NCBI GenBank assembly: GCA_963666285.1 | Contig: OY762711.1 | Origin: Sedimentisphaerales bacterium | GTDB taxonomy: Bacteria > Planctomycetota > Phycisphaerae > Sedimentisphaerales > SM23-30 | Length of the DNA: 64,000 bases | Direction: 5' to 3' (one strand) | Shown here: positions 57,728 to 64,000 of the stretch, in pieces | Position numbering within the stretch: position 1 is the first letter of the stretch | Layout: every line of letters starts with the position of its first letter | Position numbers and translations under genes: made by a program | Notes under the pieces: model-generated | The model's input: the letters and a program-made list of their open reading frames with translations, nothing else | Databases searched by the model: none | What the model was told of the DNA's origin: nothing

Positions 57728-58693
57728 ATGAAAGCATTAGTAACAGGCGGAGCAGGTTTTATTGGATCACATTTATGTGAGTCGCTACTGGCGGACGGTC
57801 ATGAAGTAATAGTAATTGATGATTTGTCTACAGGGCGGATAGAGAATTTATCAGCGGTGATAAAACACGAGAATCTCCAATTTGTACGAGATGATGTTCG
57901 GAACAATTTGACGATGAACCTGCTGGTGGAGAAGTGTGATATGGTGTTTCACCTGGCAGCTGCGGTGGGAGTGCAGCTGATCGTGGATGAGCCTGTTAGA
58001 ACCATAGAGACAAATATTCACGGTACCGAAATTGTTTTAGAGCTGGCAAACAAATACGGTAAAAAGATATTGCTGGCTTCAACAAGCGAGGTTTACGGCA
58101 AGTCAGAGAAAGTGCCGTTTTGTGAAGACGATGACACTGTTTTGGGCAGTACCCGTTTTAGTCGCTGGTCGTATGCCTGCAGCAAAGCGATAGACGAATT
58201 CCTGGGGCTGGCGTATTACCAGCAGTATGGTCTGCCGGTAGTGATAGCGAGATTTTTTAATACGGTAGGGCCTCGTCAGACAGGTCAGTACGGGATGGTG
58301 ATACCGAGATTTGTTGTACAGGCCTTGCAGGGTGAACCGGTAACGATATACGGCAGCGGCAAACAGTCAAGATGCTTTGGCTATGTAGGCGATGCGGTAA
58401 AAGCAGTTAGAAAGCTAATGGCATCGGAGACATCGCCGGGCAGAGTTTATAATATTGGTTCAACGGAAGAAGTTACGATAGAGACCCTGGCAGATAAGAT
58501 AATAGCCAAGACCGGCAGTTCCGGCGGTAAGAAGTATCTGAGCTATGAAGAAGCGTACGGCAGGTCTTTTGACGATATGATGCGTCGTGTCCCCTGCGTG
58601 GACAGGTTACGGGAAGAGATTGATTTTGTCCCGGAAACGGACTTAGATGAAATATTGAAGCAGGTAATTGCAGAAAAAAAACAAACGAGGTAA
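57728..58693 (+). CDS. NAD-dependent nucleotide-sugar epimerase/dehydratase
   Basis: [40 protein letters not shown]. Confidence 0.9.
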   Translation: MKALVTGGAGFIGSHLCESLLADGHEVIVIDDLSTGRIENLSAVIKHENLQFVRDDVRNNLTMNLLVEKCDMVFHLAAAVGVQLIVDEPVRTIETNIHGTEIVLELANKYGKKILLASTSEVYGKSEKVPFCEDDDTVLGSTRFSRWSYACSKAIDEFLGLAYYQQYGLPVVIARFFNTVGPRQTGQYGMVIPRFVVQALQGEPVTIYGSGKQSRCFGYVGDAVKAVRKLMASETSPGRVYNIGSTEEVTIETLADKIIAKTGSSGGKKYLSYEEAYGRSFDDMMRRVPCVDRLREEIDFVPETDLDEILKQVIAEKKQTR

Positions 58694-58697
58694 TTCA

Positions 58698-59462
58698 ATG
58701 AGAGTACTAGTAACAGGCGGTGCAGGTTTTATCGGCAGTCACCTGGTTGAGCGTTTGCTGGCCAGAGGTGATTCAGTGATTGTACTGGATAATTTTCATA
58801 CCGGCCAGAGAGATAATCTTCGTCATCTGCTGAGTAATGATGAACTGGAGATATATCGCCAGGATGTAACAGATCCATTTAAGTATGAGGTGGATTATAT
58901 ATATAACCTGGCATGCCCGGCAAGCCCGATCCATTACCAGCGCAGCCCGGTAAAAACCGTTGTTACCTCAGTACAGGGTGCGATTAATTGTCTGAACCTG
59001 GCACATGAGATAAAGGCAAGGGTTTTGCAGGCGTCTACCAGTGAGGTTTACGGCGATCCGGCAATGCATCCGCAGATGGAGCATTACTGGGGAAATGTAA
59101 ATACTATAGGCCCGCGCAGCTGTTACGATGAGGGCAAACGGGTAGCAGAGACATTGATGTTTGATTATTATCGCGAATATGGAGTAGATATCCGGGTCGC
59201 GAGGATATTTAATACTTTTGGTCCCAGGATGAGCTGTAATGACGGGCGGGTAATCAGTAATTTTATTTTACAGGCATTGAGAGGTGAAGATATCTCGCTG
59301 TTTGGTGATGGCAGCCAGACCAGATCATTCTGTTTTGTAGATGACCTGGTTGAAGGTTTGCTAAGGCTGATGGATAATACCGAGACAGTTGGGCCGGTGA
59401 ACCTGGGCAACCCGATGGAACGGACGATACGTGAAGTTGCCGAGATAATTGTGCCGATATGA
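58698..59462 (+). pseudogene. UDP-glucuronate decarboxylase (UXS) family, apparently C-terminally truncated
   Basis: [34 protein letters not shown]; ends at 'EVAEIIVPI*' without the usual DDP..R.PDI...LGWEP tail. Confidence 0.65.
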
Positions 59463-59580
59463 ATGAAAAGCCAATAGTGAGTGAATTAAGCATAAAGGGC
59501 ACCTCTAAAAAATCATCTTTCGCAACAAAAGCAATTTCTAGGAGTACCCTTAAAGAGTTAACAGAAAAGGTGGAGTAATA

Positions 59581-61065
59581 TTGGTAACTGCAAGGCAGGT
59601 AATAAGAAACTCGATATGGTCGGCACTGGCATTTGGTATTAGTTTTGGAGTAAGTATACTCCTGGCTTTTATACTGCCGCATATGCTGGGTAAAGAGGAA
59701 TACGGCAGGTATGGCTATTATTTCAGGATTTTTTCGTGGATTAATGCTATATCAATATTGTTTGTTCCACCCGCCTTACTGCGATACGGTTCTGAATTAA
59801 GAGGATATAATAATACTTTACAATTACGCAAATTACTTCGCTGGGGCTATAAGTATCAGTTATGGATAAGCATAACGGTAACCTTCGGAGCGGTATTATA
59901 TTTATGGCAAACAGAATTTTCTGACAGCAGCTACCTGACAGCTTCAATATTGGTGTTGTTATCCGGATTTATCTCCGGTTTTCACCTGGTAGGGCGAAGT
60001 TACCTGGAGGCAAACCAGCGATTCAGGCTCTGCAGCAGGATAACGCTATGGAGCTCAATTGTAAAACTAACAGTTTTGGTATTATTGTTTTTTAGCGGAG
60101 CGCAGAAGGCGTATTGTTTTTTTTCGATAATACTTGCAGAGCATATTGTCCTCCTGGTTTTAACGTTATATGCAAACCTGTTATATAATAAAACCAAACA
60201 AGGAGAGATGTTAGAAGGTAAAAAACTGAACGCTTGCGAATTTTCCGGCAGGGTAAAAGATTATGGTTTAACGATGGGTGCAGCCGGTTTATTCTCAATG
60301 GTGGCATGGGGGTATATCGAAGTTTTTTTTATAAAGCAGCTGTATAGTAAAGAAGATATGCTGTCGGAGTTGTCATATTATTGCCTGGCAGTTTCAATAT
60401 CTACCTTGATGCTAAGAGTTTTAAATAATATCAATAAGCCTTTGTTGACATTTTTTGTTCATCATAAAGTAACAGACAGGGGTGATGTTGTAGAGAAAGG
60501 CTTTATGAAGAGCCTGATAATATTTACAATGACAGGCGGTGCCGGTTGTATCTTTTTATACTTATTCTCAGGTGAGCTGTTTGACCTGGTATTCCCGGTT
60601 GAAATGGCAAAAGCCCGGCTGCCGTTTATAATTTTGCTGGTGCCTTCATTTATATTGTGTATGCTCATGCCGCTGGGGCCATTGCAGCAGGCGTATGAAG
60701 CTCATAAGTTTCTGTTATGGATTAATGTTATAGCCGCGATATTGAATTTGACATTGGATATGTTATTGATACCGGAATATGGTGCGGTTGGTGCGGCGAT
60801 AGTAAACAGCGTGGTGCAGACATCGATAAGTATAGGTGGTGTAATCTACCTGCAGCATAAGAAAATACTGAAACTTCCGGTAGGTGGGATTTGCCGGCTG
60901 TTTTGCTGTTTTGCATTATTAATATTATCAGTTAATTGTCTAAAGAGTATTGTAAGCAGCCTGGTTTTGTTAGTTTTAGCGTTTCTAATGTACCCGGTGC
61001 TGCTGGTAATTTTTAATTGTGTCAGGTATAACCGCGCGTCGGGGAAAATAGTAGTTAATTATTAG
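59581..61065 (+). CDS. wzx: Wzx-type polysaccharide flippase (MOP superfamily)
   Basis: RNSIW, LGKEEYG, ~12 TM helices, NLTLDMLLIPEYGAVGAAI. Confidence 0.8.
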   Translation: MVTARQVIRNSIWSALAFGISFGVSILLAFILPHMLGKEEYGRYGYYFRIFSWINAISILFVPPALLRYGSELRGYNNTLQLRKLLRWGYKYQLWISITVTFGAVLYLWQTEFSDSSYLTASILVLLSGFISGFHLVGRSYLEANQRFRLCSRITLWSSIVKLTVLVLLFFSGAQKAYCFFSIILAEHIVLLVLTLYANLLYNKTKQGEMLEGKKLNACEFSGRVKDYGLTMGAAGLFSMVAWGYIEVFFIKQLYSKEDMLSELSYYCLAVSISTLMLRVLNNINKPLLTFFVHHKVTDRGDVVEKGFMKSLIIFTMTGGAGCIFLYLFSGELFDLVFPVEMAKARLPFIILLVPSFILCMLMPLGPLQQAYEAHKFLLWINVIAAILNLTLDMLLIPEYGAVGAAIVNSVVQTSISIGGVIYLQHKKILKLPVGGICRLFCCFALLILSVNCLKSIVSSLVLLVLAFLMYPVLLVIFNCVRYNRASGKIVVNY

Positions 61066-61093
61066 AAGTAAACTAAGAGATGAAGAAGAGATT

Positions 61094-62374
61094 ATGAGTT
61101 TAAAGTATAAACCAGCGTTTTTGACATTTGCCCGGATATTCAAGGATGAGCTTCCCTGGGGTGCGATTTCAATCCATAATTACCTAAAGCATAAGGGTGA
61201 AGATAGCGGACAGTTATTTAAGATAACGTCAGATGAAGACCTGGAACATGCTATCGGCGAGATGAAGCTGCAAGGGGTGAACCTGATAGGAATAAGTGCA
61301 ATGAATATAGAAGGAGATTTTGCACTAGAATCATATTCCAGGTTAAAGGGCAGGTTTCCTGATGCGAAATTTATTTTTGGCGGCGTTTTGTTTTCGACTA
61401 TGCCTGAGAAAGCCAGTAAAGATGCGATGGTTGTAGTCGGGCCGGGCGAAAAGACGGTTTATGACCTGCTGACAGGCAGAATTGAATACCAGGTCGGGAC
61501 AATTATTGGAGAGCACCTGGAGAAGTTTGACTTTAATCCGCTGCCGGCCAGGTCGATGGTGAGTAAATTCGGTAATAAGGAAATGGAAAATGAGGCAATT
61601 TTGCAGACATCGAGGGGGTGTCCGTTTCAGTGTACATTCTGTCTGAGCAAGGAACTGCGCAGGACAAAGATGTCATATTATGAGCTGGAAGATGTTGTTC
61701 AGCTGGCGAAAGATTATTATGAGTTATTTTCATTTAATCGTTTTTTCATATCTGATGATATTTTCTTCATGAATACAGAGCGGGTAAGCCTGTTCTGTGA
61801 TATGTTTGATGAACTTGGTTTGCCTTTTAAGTTTCGGGCAATGAGTCATGCAAAAATAGATGATATCGATATGTACAGGCGGGTTGCGGCAAGCGGTTTC
61901 TGGAAGGTGTCGATAGGGGCGGAATCCGGTGATAATGAAGTATTAAAAGCAATTGGTAAAAGAATAACAGTGGACGATATAGAGCGTTCAGTCGTTCAGA
62001 TAAAAGAGGCCGGTCTTCGGGCTGAGACATTATTTATAATAGGCCATCCGCAGGACACAAAAGAGACGATCGAAAAAACCATAGCGTTAGGTGTCAGGCT
62101 GAAACGGAAATATGGAGTGACATCATGGTTTTCTCTGGCACAGCCGTTTCCGGGTACTGAGTTTGGCAGGCAGTCGCAGGTAACGGGACAAATAATACCG
62201 AATACAGATAAAGAATGGTCGATCCGCGGCGTGTCGTATATCCCGGATGGTCTGACAGTTGACTATTTACTGGAGGCCAGGCGGCGTGGAATGTATATGT
62301 GTAACGCGAAGTTTGGCACGGTACGTTATTATCTGAATAAATGGATAAGCCCTGAGAAGCTGGAGATAGGCTAA
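61094..62374 (+). CDS. B12-binding radical SAM protein
   Basis: GISAM, FGG, VGPGE (cobalamin-binding-like); TSRGCPFQCTFC; GAESG; PFPGT. Confidence 0.85.
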   Translation: MSLKYKPAFLTFARIFKDELPWGAISIHNYLKHKGEDSGQLFKITSDEDLEHAIGEMKLQGVNLIGISAMNIEGDFALESYSRLKGRFPDAKFIFGGVLFSTMPEKASKDAMVVVGPGEKTVYDLLTGRIEYQVGTIIGEHLEKFDFNPLPARSMVSKFGNKEMENEAILQTSRGCPFQCTFCLSKELRRTKMSYYELEDVVQLAKDYYELFSFNRFFISDDIFFMNTERVSLFCDMFDELGLPFKFRAMSHAKIDDIDMYRRVAASGFWKVSIGAESGDNEVLKAIGKRITVDDIERSVVQIKEAGLRAETLFIIGHPQDTKETIEKTIALGVRLKRKYGVTSWFSLAQPFPGTEFGRQSQVTGQIIPNTDKEWSIRGVSYIPDGLTVDYLLEARRRGMYMCNAKFGTVRYYLNKWISPEKLEIG

Positions 62375-62393
62375 CGTTAAGTTCTGGATTGAT

Positions 62394-63518
62394 ATGAAAA
62401 TATGTTATGTATGTAATGAATATCCGCCGAACCCTCATGGAGGAATTGGTACCTATGTAAAAGATATTACCATGGGATTGGCTGCCAGGGGACATGAGAT
62501 TACAGTTGTCGGTATTGGCGTATCAGATAAGCAATGGACAGAAGAGGGCGTAAATGTTGTCGAGCTGGCAGCATCCGGACTGCCGACAAAAATACGAGGT
62601 CTGCACGACCGTTTTAAGATATATGGATATTTGAAACAGGCGGCCCGTGCGGGAAAATATGATTTAATAGAAGTACCAGACTACCAGGGCTGGCTGCCAT
62701 TTAAGTTTGACTATTGCCCGGTTATAGTAAGGCTTCATTTATCGGAGTGTGTGATCAGTAATTATCAGCAATCTCGAGTATCAAGGCAGATATCATGTTT
62801 TGAGCGGAAAACGCTGAGGCCAGACAGGGTTTGGGTAGGAGTTTCAAAATGGGCTTATGAAGAGACCGTTTCAGTTATAGGCAAAACACCTAATGAGAGT
62901 CGTGTAATATATTACCCTGTAACAACTTGTGAACCACACCGGTCATCAGTTGACGTTGACCGTTATGTTTTATATGCCGGGACAATCAGTGAGCGTAAAG
63001 GAGCATTGACACTTGCCAGAGCGGCCGATGTTTTTCTGGCAGAGAACCCTGATTTAAGCCTGGTTTATGCCGGGCCGCCTATTTCTGATAGTATTGAAGG
63101 TGAAATCAGGGGCATTATTGGAGAAGGATTGAGTGAGAGGGTTTACTTTACCGGCAGGGTTTCCCGTGGAGAGGTTATTTCATTGATGACTAATGCAAAG
63201 ATATTTGCGTTTCCGAGCCAACTTGAGACATTTGGCCTGGTAATTGCGGAAGCGATGTTATGCGGAGCTCCGACAATATGCTGTGATGCTGGTCCATGTC
63301 CTGAATTTGTCAGCAATGGTAAAACCGGGGTTTTAATTCCTGTTGACGATGATAAATCATTAGTAAAAGCAGTGTGTCAAATACTGAATGATGATGAATA
63401 TGCCCAAAGCCTGTCAGATAATGGCAGGGAATATATATCAGGCAATTTTTCGATAGATAAAGCAATTCAGGCCAACCTGGATTTATATACAAGTGTACTT
63501 GAGAAGAACTCAAACTGA
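62394..63518 (+). CDS. Glycosyltransferase family 4
   Basis: EYPP..GGIGTY, RKG, FPSQLETFGLVIAEAM. Confidence 0.9.
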   Translation: MKICYVCNEYPPNPHGGIGTYVKDITMGLAARGHEITVVGIGVSDKQWTEEGVNVVELAASGLPTKIRGLHDRFKIYGYLKQAARAGKYDLIEVPDYQGWLPFKFDYCPVIVRLHLSECVISNYQQSRVSRQISCFERKTLRPDRVWVGVSKWAYEETVSVIGKTPNESRVIYYPVTTCEPHRSSVDVDRYVLYAGTISERKGALTLARAADVFLAENPDLSLVYAGPPISDSIEGEIRGIIGEGLSERVYFTGRVSRGEVISLMTNAKIFAFPSQLETFGLVIAEAMLCGAPTICCDAGPCPEFVSNGKTGVLIPVDDDKSLVKAVCQILNDDEYAQSLSDNGREYISGNFSIDKAIQANLDLYTSVLEKNSN

Positions 63519-63598
63519 CAGGCAGTCGGTTTGATAAGTGTGGAGAAAACTGTGAAAGTAAACTGTGAGTATGGTAAAATAATATAAGAGGTGTGATT

Positions 63599-64000
63599 AT
63601 GTATTCAATCAAAACTCAGAAAAGAGCGGCAAGGTCATTATATTTATTAATATTTGTGATCCTCCTGGCTATGCCATTTCGGTATATTCATTTAATGCTT
63701 CACGATATGTCAGTGGTATATTTAACAGCAAAGTATATTGTTGTATCGTGCCTGGCATTTTTTCTGGCAGTCCTGCTTTTTGTGTATTTTATATTGACGC
63801 CAAAGCCGGAGCGTAAATTTGAATACAGTAGTTTTCGAGATATTGCAGTGCTGGCATTTGTAGTAGCAGTTATGGGTGTAATTGTCGGAATTGCCAACGG
63901 TAATCAGTTTTATTATCTTGTTGGCGATACGTTTCGTCATGTAAGCCCGTGGATATTTTTCTTTGTATTTTTATGGATGTTCCAGGTTCTTTTGGATTCT
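63599..64000 (+). CDS. Polytopic membrane protein (possible Wzy polymerase/ligase), partial
   Basis: Manual translation from ATG 63599 (GAGGTG RBS) stays open to the window end: MYSIKTQKRAARSLYLLIFVILLAMPF..., very hydrophobic. Confidence 0.6.
   Translation, partial: MYSIKTQKRAARSLYLLIFVILLAMPFRYIHLMLHDMSVVYLTAKYIVVSCLAFFLAVLLFVYFILTPKPERKFEYSSFRDIAVLAFVVAVMGVIVGIANGNQFYYLVGDTFRHVSPWIFFFVFLWMFQVLLDS

Noticed and set aside
1..64000. tRNA/rRNA genes, prophage, autonomous transposase
   Set aside because: None recognised by eye; a tRNAscan/Rfam run would be needed to exclude small RNAs.

Overview
Bacterial chromosomal window, most likely a planctomycete of class Phycisphaerae (Sedimentisphaerales-like). 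This is inferred from PEP-CTERM proteins, DUF1559-type prepilin proteins, dockerin-like C-terminal tails, a sulfatase, an ECF sigma factor with a long extension and a KS/KS-like pair. Genes include ruvB, a bioG-bioC-(sulfatase)-bioD-bioA cluster, response regulators, fabF plus an apparently inactive paralog, a sigma54-driven type III glutamine synthetase, a GH78 rhamnosidase, rnd, exbD, fliR-flhB and the start of a polysaccharide locus. The most notable content is non-coding. (1) Two diverged ~600-bp inverted copies (37385-37995 and 41546-42145) each carry helically phased (10-11 bp period) RCGGMGG-like motifs around a 14-bp palindrome. They sit symmetrically about an AT-rich spacer at ~39.7 kb, near where strand skew appears by eye to flip from C-rich to G-rich. 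This is a candidate origin, centromere or DNA-wrapping site. (2) A family of ~180-200-bp MITE-like elements with 5-bp target duplications and compensatory hairpin changes, all in one orientation; one copy sits exactly in the bioD/bioA ATGA junction. (3) A ~290-bp x ~2.8 tandem array built from REP-like modules. All calls come from reading the sequence and translations; no database searches were run.
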